Source: Gnetum montanum (taxonomy: Eukaryota > Plantae > Gnetophyta). Taken from it: a stretch of DNA of 64,000 bases. The stretch is from positions 11,868 through 75,867 of the forward strand of contig MNCI01003033.1 of NCBI GenBank assembly GCA_015680685.1, in the 5' to 3' direction. Both the position numbers and the translations under genes were made by a program. The notes beneath the pieces are model-generated. The model made no database searches and was not told the origin of the DNA. It was given only the letters and a program-made list of their open reading frames with translations. Positions 38,079-51,431 of the stretch are shown here, piece after piece; position 1 is the first letter of the stretch; the number at the start of each line of letters is the position of its first letter.

Positions 38079-38759
38079 CTCACTCACTGACTGTGCAGCG
38101 GCCAAACCCTCGTGCACTATTCCATGCTTTGGTGCTACGTGCAGTCACCTAGAAATATGCTCCACTTTCCATGCTTGGCCCTCTATTCCAACCGTCATCC
38201 CACGTTAGCTATGCTATGGTAGTGTACCAAATAGCGCACACATAAAAAAGTTACTCTTTTAATCAATATGTTAGAAACCGAAGTTAAGTACACCAATCAA
38301 TATGTTAAAAATCCAAACTGTAATACAGCAACTCATATGAATTCATAGATAATAACACACAGATACACAAACACACACCATTTTATTTCCAAACAATTTT
38401 TATAGAAAAACTTGAAAGGAATGCTCATTCTTGAGTAGAGAGAATCAAAGAACGATATCTCTTTCTGGACAAGGAGAGAATGCTTAGCTTCTGAGCTAGA
38501 TGCATCAAGAAACTGATATCTTCTCTAGACTTCTTGCTTATAGGCTCACTATTAGACTCACTACTCAACTTCTAATTTCTGATGATACTTTTATGGTTAC
38601 TTATTCTATTTATACACATGCAGACCGACATAAGATAGTGGATGCTAGTCGGGATGATAAGATTACATGGATTTGGGCCAAATATTGCATATTTTGTGGC
38701 CAATAGCTTTAACGAGATAGAGGACTATTTGGGCCAAAATCCACCTCTTCTCCTTCTAA

Positions 38760-39660
38760 GTCAATGACTCTATTATGAAAGCCTTCATAGCTGTAATCAT
38801 GTCATCCTGGAGAATCTGTAGGCGTGTTGCTAGTACTGGCATAGGATCCATCTGAGTGGGTTTTAACTAAGAAAATATTAGTTTCTTTTTCTCCTACTGC
38901 TTGATACTCATCAATATGGGCATCATGATAATAGAGTTCCAGTGTGTAAGACACTTTGAGGTTGACATGACAGTGGTGCTAGATATCAAAAGCATTGGTC
39001 GTATAAACATCTTGATAGAATGCTTGTCCCCATGTGTTTTGCCAGTCAGTCGTTTTTGCAATGCATGTGACTAAAAAGTAGACTAGAGTGGAATCCATGT
39101 GCATGAAATGCTAGGCTACAATGGTAGCATTACCGTAGTATGCAAAATCACCATGATGCTCTGCCAGCTGTGCCCTAAGATACCCTAGATAATTATTAGG
39201 CAAATGAACAGGGGCATGACCAAACTTTGCTCATCATGACCAGAACATTGTAGAGTCAGCCTCAGGCATAGACTGTGGATTGAACTAAATCTGATACATA
39301 TAAAAATCACTAGGCTAATAATATGGCTAGTTAAGACATTCGTCATTATACTAATTTTCAAAATCAAGATGACTAATTTTGACATTTGTGGCTAGATGGA
39401 TATATGAAGGAGGATTAGAGGTACGTATGGTTGGAACAGAATAAGCTGTAAAAATCCTCTGAGTAATGGAGGAATCAAATTGGTGTTGTTCTGTTTGCAG
39501 ACAAAATTCATCGTAGCTATTTTGATACCTGGTGGTTTCAAAAAAATATTGAGGAAAACTTAAAAACCATTCATTAGCTATACAAAGACGTAACTGTCTA
39601 GAGGAACGAAGAGTCCATCCTTCACCTCTTAAGAGTTCTGCACAGTGATCAACTATCAAT
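38760..39660 (-). pseudogene. Unknown ~300-codon viral ORF downstream of RNase H
   Basis: A largely single-frame reading interrupted by stops (IVDHCAELLRGEGW...DWQNTWGQAFYQDVY...). No recognised domain and no integrase motif. Confidence 0.5.
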
Positions 39661-39679
39661 AGGACTAGGGAATTGGAAT

Positions 39680-41537
39680 TCCCTAGTTAAGAAATCAGCT
39701 AAACTATTTTTATGTCCTTCAATATATTCAATATCAAATTCAAAATTAGCTAAAAATAAACTTCAACGAATAAGTCTGGTATGAGCCACCTTTCAGAGGT
39801 TTTTTGATTGCAAGTATTTGTCAAAATGTTTTAGATCACTTTGGACTATGAATTTTTGTGGTTGAAGAAATAACCTAAATTTTTTAATTCCTTTAACAAT
39901 TGCAAGGAGCTCTTTGTGGGAACTATGACACTTCTTTTGAGCTTCATTAAACTTTTTAGAAGAATACCTACAAATTCTAATAACATTACTTTGTTCTTGT
40001 TTAAATGTGGCTCCCCAAAATTGTTCAGAGGCATCAGTTTCTAAGATGAATCTTCCTTCTCTTAGTAGAAATAGTGGAGGTAAAGTTTTACATACTTGCT
40101 TGATTTTTTCAATGGCCTAAGTGCATTGCTCATTCCATGGAGGAGAATGTTTTTGGAGTAATTGATTGAGAACGTCTCGTTCTCGTGCGATATCTTTAAA
40201 AAACCTTGAAACATAATTTATACATCCTAAAAAATGTTGGATCTGTAATTTACTTTTGAGGACATTTGGAAATCTGTCAATACTTTGTACAATATGTGGT
40301 TGTAGATGACTTATCCCTGCCGATATTTCTAATCCTAAGAATTCTACTTGGGGTTGTCCTATTTTCATTTTTGTAGGAGAAAGGACAAGGCCATTTTTGT
40401 CAATGAGATTAGCAAAGACTTTGAGGTGCTTTATATGTTTCTTTGCAGACTTACCGAGGATTAAAATATCATCTATATATACTAATATAAAAGGATATGA
40501 GTGAAAAATAGAATCCATCATTTTCTAGAAAATTTATGGAGCAGTTTTGATGCCAAAAGACAAAACATTCCACTCATATAATACTCCTGGGATAGTAAAA
40601 GCAGTTTTCCAGCGATCTTCTGGTTGCACTTGTATATGCCAGAATCAGGATTTTAAATCAAATTTAGAATAAAGATTCGTATGTGGCAAGCGTTGAAATA
40701 AATCATATTTGTTGGGGATTGGATGCTAAATAGATTTAATGATGTCATTTAAAGGCTTATAGTTGACTACTAACCATTTTTTCCCCTTACTAATTCGGCG
40801 CATTTATTGACATAAAAAGCTGCACATGCAAACATGCTTGTGCTTGGCCTAATCAAGTTTTTTTGCACAAGATCTTGGAGTTCTTTTTCACATTCCTTTC
40901 TAAGAGTTGGTGACATTCCTATATGTTGAGCTGTTGCTTGTACCTTGATCCCTTCTTTTAATTCAATATGACACCAATGTTCCTTTTTTGTTCAGAACTT
41001 CATGGGATCTTCACTAGCAAATTGTAGCAATAATTCTCTCATATTATCAAAGGCAGTTTTTTGGATTTTAATCTGGTTGACAATCCAATGTTCTCTTTTT
41101 TTATTTTTCTTTGAGATTTTTTATCTTACGAATTTTTGTTTAGCATTTACCCTAGGGAAACTATACTTATTAATTCGGATAAGTTTCCTATTACTAGCTA
41201 TATCATAATGTTGCAAATTATCTTCACCTATAAGACAATCATAAGAGGGTAAAGGAAATTGACAAACTCTAAAATATATTATGTTATTATCTGGCATTAA
41301 AACAGGAATCTTGGCATGTTTAGTAAGAAGTTTCTTTTGGGTATTCATGGAGACATGTGATGGTTCCTTATCTTCCCAAAAACATAGTGATATAGTTTCT
41401 TCTCTAGCTAAAGAAACTTTAGCTCTTGTGTCAAAAAGACAATCAACATAATACTTTTGATATTTTAGCCATGGGAGTGTAAAAGTACAAGTAGGTAGAA
41501 TGGGTTGTGAATTATTACAATTAACTTCTAATATCAC
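39680..41537 (-). pseudogene. Caulimovirid aspartic protease - RT - RNase H remnant
   Basis: CLFDTRAKVS (DTG-type protease), SKFDLKS.FWHI, VYIDDILI, VEFLGLEI, IQHFLGCINY, and the RH tail FDIEYIEGHKNSLADFLTR. Confidence 0.9.
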
Positions 41538-42094
41538 ACCTACCTATTTTGTTTCATGTTTGTATGTCTGTTGCTGCTAACTTTCTTTGGTTTGTTCTAA
41601 TGTTTCTAATTCTTCTGTGGCTTGTTGTATAAATCTCTTGAGTTTTTTTATACGGTATTGTTGCCACATGGATGTTTGGACATTTGGAGAGACTTCTCCT
41701 GCCATATTTTGATCAGGTGTTTGTGTAATTTCTAGGAATTATTCCTCATTTGGGTTTTGGGAATCTTGATACAAACCTATGGATTCTTCTATCATTTGTT
41801 TATGACCTTCTAACTTGTTTCGTTTATTTTTTACCTTTTTCTTATAAGCTCTAAACTTATGTAGATCTTCTATGGGGACCTTTTGCCATTTCCTTTCTAG
41901 TTTTCTTAATTGGCTCTTTAGAAGAGTGTAGGTTTGGTCTCTACTATAAATATCTTCATCTTCCGATTCCTCATTCATGTAAACATGGTACATATATCCT
42001 GATGAGTCAGAGTCACAGGAATGTGTCCCTGGTTCATTGTGATAAGATGGGATATCTTCAAATTCATCTTCACTATAGAATTGTTTTGAGGATT

Positions 42095-43480
42095 TTAAAT
42101 AGATGTCTCATTTGAGAAACATAAATCTGAGTCATAGGTCAAGAAAAAATCATCTTTAGAAATTTTCATTGTTTCTATGAAATTTAGCTTATGTGGATGA
42201 TCATTTTTCTTTAGACACTGGTGTGAATAATTTTTTCCAGAACATATGAAACATCTGACCTCTTTTGCTTTATAAGGACCTTGTTTTCTTTTAAACATTT
42301 CTTTAAAAGGTTTATTTGGCCAATTTTTCCTTTTTGATTTTAGTTGATATTTCTTTTTCCACATTTTCTTGGGTTTTTGTGACCTATTGTGTGTCCAATG
42401 AGGCTTGCAGTCACAAGGTTGATTTTGGTTTTTTCTATTTTTCATTAGTTGAGAAAAATTATCTTTTGGACACATTTCTAGACACAAGTCTTTACCTATT
42501 TTTTTGGTTAATGATCCTACTAATTTTTGTATTTTCTATTGAATACAGAGATCTCTAGTCACTTTTTCCAAGAATTGGCAAATGGCATTAAAACTCATTT
42601 CCTCAAGGTCTTTTTCTTCGTTTTGGAGTTGGGCTCTATAATAGCTAGCAAAAGGCATTGGAAGACACCCTAAAAGATGTTCTTTTGCCCCTATATCATA
42701 TATGAGTTTTCCATAATAATATCATTCTTCCATTATATCAAGGAAAGGAGACATGTCTTGTATTTTATGTAATCTAGAACTGTAATATAAAGTTCTATAC
42801 ATACTATCTCGGTCAGCCTTATTTCGAAAAAACACTTTTGTAATAGCATTTAAAAAGATAATGTGTAGATTATTTAATAACTTTTTCCGTTTAGGTGCTT
42901 CTATAAAATTCCACCAGCATTTTAACATACCTTAAAAGTTTAAAGTTGCATTTAGTATGGCATGTTCATATGTTTTCTTTTTAAAAATAATTTGTCTAGA
43001 AATAAATTCACTAATTTTATCTATTTCTTTTTGGTGTTCTCTAATGGATTTATTATCCATATTAAAACAAGGTGGTGGTTTTTCTAATGTCCTTCTCACC
43101 TGCATGGCTGTTAGATCCTTTGGATCTTGGAAGACTAACCCTTGTTTTGTCAACAAGTGTTTTTCTTTGTCGTCTAGTGTTCCTTCACTTCCTATGTAAA
43201 TAGTTTCATTATCTTCTTCATAGGCATTGATTTGTCCTTCTTCTTTTCCTTTTTCTTGTTTAGGAATTGTGTGGACATGTCTTTTTCCTCGAGTTGGTTG
43301 TTTAGATTTCTTTTTCCCTTTAAGAGGAGTTATAGGTGGAGTATCAATGTAAAGATTGTCTAAATCTCCTGTTTGCTTATCTTTTCCTTTTTTCATTTTA
43401 TCCTCCATTTGTTTTGGTACCCAAATCTTATGCAACTCTTGTACATTTCTTGGTACATCCATAACCTCTACATATGTCAT
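42095..43480 (-). pseudogene. Caulimovirid coat protein region with basic tract and Zn knuckle
   Basis: Lys-rich segment followed by CFICSGKNYSHQC. Confidence 0.7.
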
Positions 43481-44049
43481 CAAGTTTTGGTCACTAACAT
43501 AGGCTAATTTATGGTTGGTCCAGTTATGTAACTTGATGATATCAGATGGCTATTCTATAGAGGTTTTATATTGCATCATATAGGTAGATTCCTTGACTTC
43601 TTCAGTGTTCATGTTGATTCTTAGAAGCTCATCACATTCTACACACCTAACATCATGATCTACCTTATGCAAATGTTCATGTGTGCAAACTTGTTGTGAT
43701 GCCTTGCTAGAAGAAGTTATGTATTCCTTAGAGGATGCATCTTCGATGTGTGTTTTCCCTTTCTCATCTACTACCATTTTTTCTCCCTTTTATTTAATTA
43801 TTTCATAGGATCCATCTTTATGCCTAGCTCTTTAAATATTTTCCCCATTCGTTGTATTTTTTCTTCCTGTTCTTCATAAAAGGTTTTTCTAAATAGGGTT
43901 ATGGGCTGCTCTAGCTTAAGTGCTAAAGGATCATAGGGTAAAGACTTTGGAGGTTTCAATTCTACATAATATCTCTGGGATTTTGATAGTGTTCGAAATA
44001 AGGATTTTTTTGCCTTTTTATGTTCATAATAGTCTTCTAATGGGTCTCC

Positions 44050-44810
44050 TAAATCTGGGAAAAGTCTATGGATAGGAAGATCTTTAGTATTAATATGGTT
44101 CCATATTCTAAGTTTGTAGATCCTACAGATAAGGCATGTTCTCCAAAGGGTAACAATGTTTTAATACTAACAGAACTAAATAACTTAAAACTTAATCTAG
44201 TTCCTATGGTGCAATAAATACTTTGATCTATAATATTTAACAGAATATATGTTATAAGCATTAAACTATTAAACAAACGCGGATCAGAGAGAGAGTGTGT
44301 GAAGTTTGGGATTGTGATGATGAGTGCATCTGATACTAAGCATCCCTTGGCTTGAGTGATTATGGCTTCTTGAAAAGATTTAAACCTTCTATCGATTAAA
44401 GCAATTTAGTAAGGTTTTTTGAGTTTGTAATTGAAATGAGGATGGATATGAATAGCGACTTCAGAAAGATGGATGTATCGATAACCCTCCTTTTGCTACT
44501 TAGCTACCTCCCCCAAGTCAAAAAAAATAAGTGCACCAAGGCGAAGGCCAGATATAGTAATTCCCTTCTTATGTTGTACTTATGTTGACATGTAAGGTTA
44601 AGCTATGGAGAGGAGGAAGTAATTCAAGTAGCCTTTGAGCCTAAATAGACTCTTCTTGTAATGTTGTTTGACCAAGTTAACCTTCAATGTCTAAGCCTAG
44701 AGCTTGAAAGCCTTTGGTCTTATGGTCTTAATGCTTTGGAATTTCTTAACTACCATTGACCTTGAAGTTGGAAATATCACCAAGGTTTCCATGGTCTGAT
44801 TCCCCATGTT
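44050..44810 (-). pseudogene. 30K-superfamily viral movement protein remnant
   Basis: GYRYIHLSEVAIHIHPHF...IALIDRRF..FQEAII...IPNFTHSLSDPRLFNSL. Confidence 0.85.
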
Positions 44811-45959
44811 CTTCTATAATAGTGAGGAGAAAACACATAAAACCAAGTTCCTCACCAAAACCTAGCTTGCTCAAGACATCATCAAATCCTTGCATGGAAA
44901 CATAAAAGCCTTTGCATAACCTTGATTACATCTAATGTTAACATGTTTTCTTTTAATGTTGTTGGCCTTTTATTATAAGTTTGGATAGATGAACAATTTT
45001 GACAACTCCTGTGGCCTACAACAAGTGAGCTTGCATGACATCGCATCTCTTTCATTTTGGCATAAAAAATGAATTGCAAACTTTGTAAAATCTATGAAAC
45101 AAAATACATATTCTTCATGTTGTACCAACTATAAACTATGGTGGCTTGTATTCTACTTATTATCACATGTGGCCTTATGCAAATCTCTTGTAATAACATG
45201 TGTCATTTGACTTGTTTTTTTGTCCTCTTAGAGTTGTGCTTGCACGATGAAGGTTGGAGTCATCGTAAGGATGCAACTGATTATGGCAATGAATTAATAC
45301 GCAATATTGATGCACAATATCTAGTTAGCTTATCCAACTATGCCAAAAATTCTTACCTCATGTCACTTCCCTTACCCCTCTTAAACCATATCCCCATAGC
45401 CAAATTACAATCTTTCTTACCCTAATAATAATGAAAACCAATTTTTGACATTCAACCACCATGGTCATGTGACATACTCCATAGATCAAGTTCATTGAAT
45501 GTAATAGATCTTATTCAACAAGAAAATGAAGCTAGATTTGACATACTTCACCAATTAAGTACATTAGATGTAACACATCTAATTTAGTGAGAAAATAAAA
45601 TTTAACCTTGGCAATAAAATCCAATGAAGGTTTCATTCCAAAAAAATAAAAAAAATAAAAAAAGGAGAAAATGCTAAGAAAGCCAAGAGGCCAATGTAGT
45701 CTAAAGACAAACAAATGGCTTCAAACAAAAAAGGTAGGAGCCTAATGGTCAAAGAAGCCCAAGGATAAAGTGTTGGTTCCTCCAAAATATCATTGAGTAA
45801 CTAAGAATTTGAACATGAAGCAAGAAGAATTTTCAACAATTTCACATGTCATTACCATACCATTGCCATGATCTCAACATTTGAAATTTCTTATTAGCCT
45901 ATGTAGTCATGCTCCTATAACCAACATCTCATCCCAAAATCTTGACATCCCATCATGAC

Positions 45960-47790
45960 TGATGAGTCATGTTTTCTTAGGTTTCATCGATGAGACCTCA
46001 TCAATGTAGCCTTGTTGATGTGACCCCATTGACATGATTGCATTGACATGGGATTTGATGCATTGATGTGTCCTTGTCGATGCAGTGTTTGTTTTTGCCT
46101 ATAAATATGTGCTGACCTGCCATTTTTATGGTATCTTTGATCATATTTGTAAATGAGCTCTTGTAGATTTCTTTCTTGAAAGTTAGAATATTTTTCTAAG
46201 TGCCTGTAATAGGATTCAAAGAGTATATGGATCATTATTCAAGCACTATTGTACCTGAGCATAGTAATGTGTGCAGCAATAAAGATGAGCTTTCTAATAA
46301 ACCTTGCAACACTTTGAAATAGATTAATTGGTTACTTATGCATTTAATGTTTTATGGAATTTCCTTTAATTCTTTAAGTAATTAAGCTAAATTAAGCTAG
46401 ATTAAACAACGATTAATTAAGAACATAAGTATGACCACTTCAAGCATATGCTCAGCGCTTGGTAATCCCAATAATGCTTAATGTTTGGTAACCAAGTAGT
46501 GTTAAATGTGTTTAGGATGTGTACGACAAGTGGGAACGAATGCTTATGTTAGGATTAGCTAGGTGTAGCTAGTTAGATTCAATTAGCAATTTAATTATTT
46601 TATTTTATACATTATTATTTACCCTTAGGTGGCTTAAAGTATAAAATGTAAAAATGATAAAAATCATATGCCTCAATTGCACTTAACCACACCTTTGCAT
46701 TTCACAAGTGTAATTGGGAAGCCAATGATTGCAACGATTAGTTTCACTTCCTAGAGACTAGTGTACTCAAAAGGCTATAAGTCCATAGAATTTGACCAAA
46801 TCATGTGTGAATGCTTAGTGATTCATATGGTTGGGCATAGAGTCTACTCACCACTCATCATTGGCAAAGTTGCCAAGTACTTGTAGTTTGATACATGCAC
46901 CATCTAGGTCTTAGTGAATATTATTTAAGATCATTGGAACAAACCCTAAGGTCATGGTCATTTGAAGAAATAATCGTTATAATTATAATTATAATTTAAG
47001 GACATTAACTTTTTCTCTAATCCAAAATGTATTCTTCTCAATAGCCTGATGAATCAAGATTTCCAATGCCCTAAGAATTCAAAGTGGTGTACACTCATTT
47101 AGATGAGTTTGTACCTGATTTCACCTTTGTCCTGCATCAAGATGAACAACTATGGTGGAGAGATATGGAGGGCAACATTGTCTTGCCTTTAGACCAATCT
47201 GTTCCTGGGATGCTACTTCAAACTCTTAAGAGGTTGGGCATCTAGGATCTCCATGGTGAATACATTGTATGGGACCATGACTTTTGGGACTACCGTCTCA
47301 TAGAAACACAACTTAAACAAGATCGGCACCAAGAGAAGCACCATGAAGCCATGAAAGAAAAATGGTTTACTAACCCCTTGTTCTTGATGAATCAAAATGA
47401 CAATAAGGATTCTCCATTTGGGGGTTTTCAACATGAAGATTCTTCATCCCTTGACTTTTGTGAAGGGGGCTTGAACTTGAATTTGTAATCCATTGTCAAT
47501 AATCTAGGTGCAAGTAAAAGTTAAAGTCAACATAAGGGCTTGGGTAAGCATCGTGATGATGATACACTTGATGATCATGGCCATTCCAAGCAAAGAGGAG
47601 GTGGTAGATACCATGATGGTGGTAGTCCTCCTTCCTCTTCATTCTCTTCCTTCTTTGAATTTGATTGACACCATAGAGGACAAAACTATGATGGAGGTGA
47701 ATTATGGGATAATGATCATAGGCCCCACCATGACTAAAGGGGTCATAAGGAATTTCATAGGTGTCATCAAAATCATGATGATGATTAATG
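45960..47790 (+). mobile_element. Athila-like 5' LTR (45960-46860) + PBS + internal segment
   Basis: tgatgag...ctcatca. PBS-like ttggcaaagttgcc (compare Athila tRNA-Asp PBS TGGCGCCGTTGCC). Confidence 0.8.
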
Positions 47791-47794
47791 AACC

Positions 47795-49660
47795 ATATTT
47801 GGTGGCTCTGATATCTAATATTTGATATTAGAGCCTTGATATCAAATACCTGATATTAGGGCCCAAGAAGTAATGTTGGATACTCGATATCACGAGGTGT
47901 GTGCTAGCCTATAAATATAACACTTGGGCATACTGTTTGCAAAAATTTTTTTCATAACATAGTAGAGCTCTTGTAGTTTCTTTTCTCCAAAGTTAGAATA
48001 TTTTCCAAAGTGCCCACAGTAAGAGTCATTGAGTGTATGAATCTTTATTCAAGCACTATTGTACTTGAGAATGGTAGTATGTGTGGCAATAAAGACGAGC
48101 TTTTTGATCAAACCTTGCAGCACCTTGGCTAGCTTAAATATTTTATTCATGCATTTAATGTTTTGTGCAATTTCACTTAATACTACTAAGTAATTAAGCT
48201 AAAGTAAGGTAGCTAGATTAAATAGTGGCTAATTACACACATAAGTACGATCACTTCAAGCATTTGCATGATGCTTGGTAATCCCAGCAACACTTAACGT
48301 TTGGTAACCTAGCAGCATTATACGTGTTCAAGATGTGCATGGAAAGTGGGATTGGATACTTATGTTAGGATAGTTAGTTATTAATTGAAAATTAGATTAG
48401 TTAAAGTGGTTCATAAATTAAGTTTCAACTTGTTGTTAATCATAGATGAATAAAATATAAAAGAATAAAAATCATGTGCCTCAATTACAATTAACCATAT
48501 AACTAAACTCCACAATTGTAGTTGGAAAGGAAACGATCATCACGATTAGATTTCATGTCTTGGAATCAATGTAGTTAAGAACTTAAGGTCTACGAAATTC
48601 GATGGGATCAGACGTGAATGCTTGTGATTCATATGGTTGGGCATAGGGGTGCCTCATCACTCATCATTAGCATCGTTGTCAGGGACCTTTAGTTGTTATG
48701 TGTGCTATCTAAGACTTAGTGAAAAATTATTTAAGATTGTTGGAATGAACCCTAAATTCATATCATACATTAAAATAACTACAATAATTTTAAGAAGCAC
48801 ACTACATTTCTTATTTTTCAATACAAGATGTATTCTTCTCATAAGAGTGATTCTTTGGCCAAGTCTAACGGAGTAAATTAGCATGTACCCTAATAATACA
48901 AAGTGGTATATGATCATCCTAATGAGTACATACCCTTTAACCTTCATTCTACACTTGGATGAACTGTTGTAGTGGTGTGACATGGAGGGTAACATCATGT
49001 TGCTACCCAATTGATCCATTCCTATGGTGCTCCAATAAACTCTAATGCAGTTAGGCATCTAGGGACTTCATGATAAGTATGTTGTGTAGAATAGTGATGC
49101 CAGGGATTATCATCTCATTGATGCATAATGTCTAATGGATTGACAACTCGAGTAGTGCTACAAATCTACAAAGGGAAAGTGGTTCAATGATTCCCCATAC
49201 TTGAAATATCAAAAAGATGATGGAGAATCCTTCTCTGGGTATTTTTCATCTAGAGAGTCTCCTCTCTTTGACTTCAGTGAAGAAGGTTAAAACTAAACCT
49301 ACAATTGACAATCCATAATCTAGGTTCTAGCAAGAATGGATCTAAGAAGGAGAGTCATGGTAGGAATGCAAGCAAGCAACAAGATCGTGGTTGTGATCAC
49401 TGAAGAGGGGGTGGCAAGCACCATGATGGTGCTAGTCCTTCTTCCTCTTCACCTTCATTATCATCTTTCTCTTCTGGCTCTAAATGCAACCATAGGGGAT
49501 GTGATTGTGATGGATGTAACCAACAGGACTGAGATGATCATAGGAACCGTTGGGTAAGTCAAGACCTAGGGTGTAGGCATTCAAGAGAGGCCTATTACCT
49601 TGAATGAAGGGGTAGTAGAGGGCATCATAGGCACCAAAATGATGGCCTCAATGAGCCTTT
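47795..49660 (+). mobile_element. Second, tandem Athila-like LTR (to 48666) + PBS + homologous internal segment
   Basis: LTR core tctttattcaagcact...gcaataaaga. It ends ctcatca|ttagcatcgttgtcaggga. The internal part parallels 46861-47790. Confidence 0.75.
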
Positions 49661-50373
49661 TCTCACTACCTAGAGCATGATAAACATTACAAAGGCAATG
49701 AGAATTCCTACAAGGCACATCAAGGATAGTTAGATCAAGAGGTTAGACATGAACAATATCCCTAGGTACAAAGGGGGATATAACTCATATCTGTTGAACC
49801 ATATTTAAGCTTTCCATAATTCTTGTGCTTTGTAAAATATAGAAATGATTGGAAAAAGCTTAAGTTATTTCCTAGGAAATTCATTAAAGAAGCAAAAATT
49901 TGGTACTAGTCCTTAAAATCAAAATTCATTAGATAGTGGAGTACAATGCTTAAACTATTCAATGACAAATATCAGATGTACTCTTGAGTGTCCAACTTGA
50001 GGAGGTAGATCCAAGGATGGAAACAAGGGACACATGAACCCTTGGATACTGCCATGGATCGATATTATTCTCTATTTCATAGATCTCTTGGCCACGGTTA
50101 TTCTTAACAGAAGTAACTTTGCCATATCATAGATGGGTTCCGATCAAAAATAAGGAGAACTCTTGGAGTCTATGCCCAAGGGTGATTGTCAGAATTAAGA
50201 GCCCATTAGATCTAAGGGGTGATTGAGCAAGTAGCAAAAAAAGAAGGAGAGTTGAGGGAACGTGAAAGTATAGAAGGATATAACTGTGATTCTTCCACTT
50301 ACAAGAGGGAGGTTTGATTTTGTGATAGTGAGGAGGAATCATCACTTGATGAGATGGTGAATCAGAAAACCTT

Positions 50374-50910
50374 TGATGAGACGCGATATTGCATGCACCG
50401 CGATATCGCGTATGTGATATCGTGGCTGTCGCGATATCACGTCGTCCCTTGTGATATTGCGTACGTGATATTGTAGTTCATTGCCAAATCTATAAATAAG
50501 AGGCGACACTCCCCTCAATTCTCATCCTAGGCTAGAAGTAGCGAAGCTCTGGTAGTTTAATCACTCCAGAGATAGAATATTTTCCATGTGCCCGCAGTAG
50601 GAGTCCCCAAGTGAACGGATCTTTATTCAAGCAGCTTTGTACCTGAATGCAAGTTGTGTACAGCAATAAAGATGAGCTTTGTGGATAAACCTTGCAGTGC
50701 ATGGAATAGGTTTATTACATGTTATTTCCTATCTATTATTTATTACATGCATTAGCGCAGCATGAGTACGACTTGGTTACGAGCATTGACGAATTGTACG
50801 GCTAACCAAGGAATCGGCTACTCATCGCAATTAGATTCTCTCACCCTTGTCTCCTAGAATGTGGGATGAGTACGACTTGATTACGAGCATCTACGGATGT
50901 GTACAGCTAA
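50374..50910 (+). mobile_element. Younger, CpG-rich Athila-like LTR fragment
   Basis: Starts tgatgagacgcg, has gcgatatcgc repeats and tataaataagaggcg. It matches the reverse complement of 60404-60530. Confidence 0.8.
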
Positions 50911-51431
50911 ATAAAATCCTAAGAGTAAACATAAGTAAATGACACTAAATAAAATAAGAGAACTCACAATCTAAGCAAAAGAAAGGTAGGAAAATATTAA
51001 TTTATACCTGGATTAAGCAAGATAATAAAGCAACAACCAAGAGCAGGAATAGATATTCAATTATGGAATTAGAAGAAATGCATCAAGAATATAAGAAATT
51101 ATCTTGGGAAAGCATACAAAGACCTCAACAATGGCTCCAACACCTAGCAAGCGTTAGAAATCCAAGTCTATTTACTTTGAGACTTACAATAACCTTAGAT
51201 TAAGATTTCACAAGAAAAAGAAACTGCAACTTGAATCACACCACACATAGCTTTTGATTTTGTAAAGATGTGATGATACTAAGACCACCCAAGCATCCAC
51301 TTGTATAGTGGTCATAATGCTATGCCTTGGGTAAAAGCCAAATTATGGAGTTATAATCCATAATTAATCATGGCCAAATTGGATGTGAACAATTGCCTAT
51401 TCTTTTCACATATTACATACTTGGGCTTTTT

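Larger units (their letters stand above)
38265..44810 (-). mobile_element. Endogenous plant pararetrovirus (Caulimoviridae), near full length, decayed
   Basis: Order MP-CP(Zn knuckle)-AP-RT-RH-ORF2 with no integrase. The downstream non-coding region has a TATA (tataaatag, ~38606-38614 minus) and an aataaa (~38382-38387 minus). Confidence 0.9.

Noticed and set aside
47805-47815. gctctgatatc as the tRNA-Met PBS of the endogenous virus
   Set aside because: It is an imperfect match 3 kb from the viral MP, inside decayed GATATC repeats of an Athila-like LTR.
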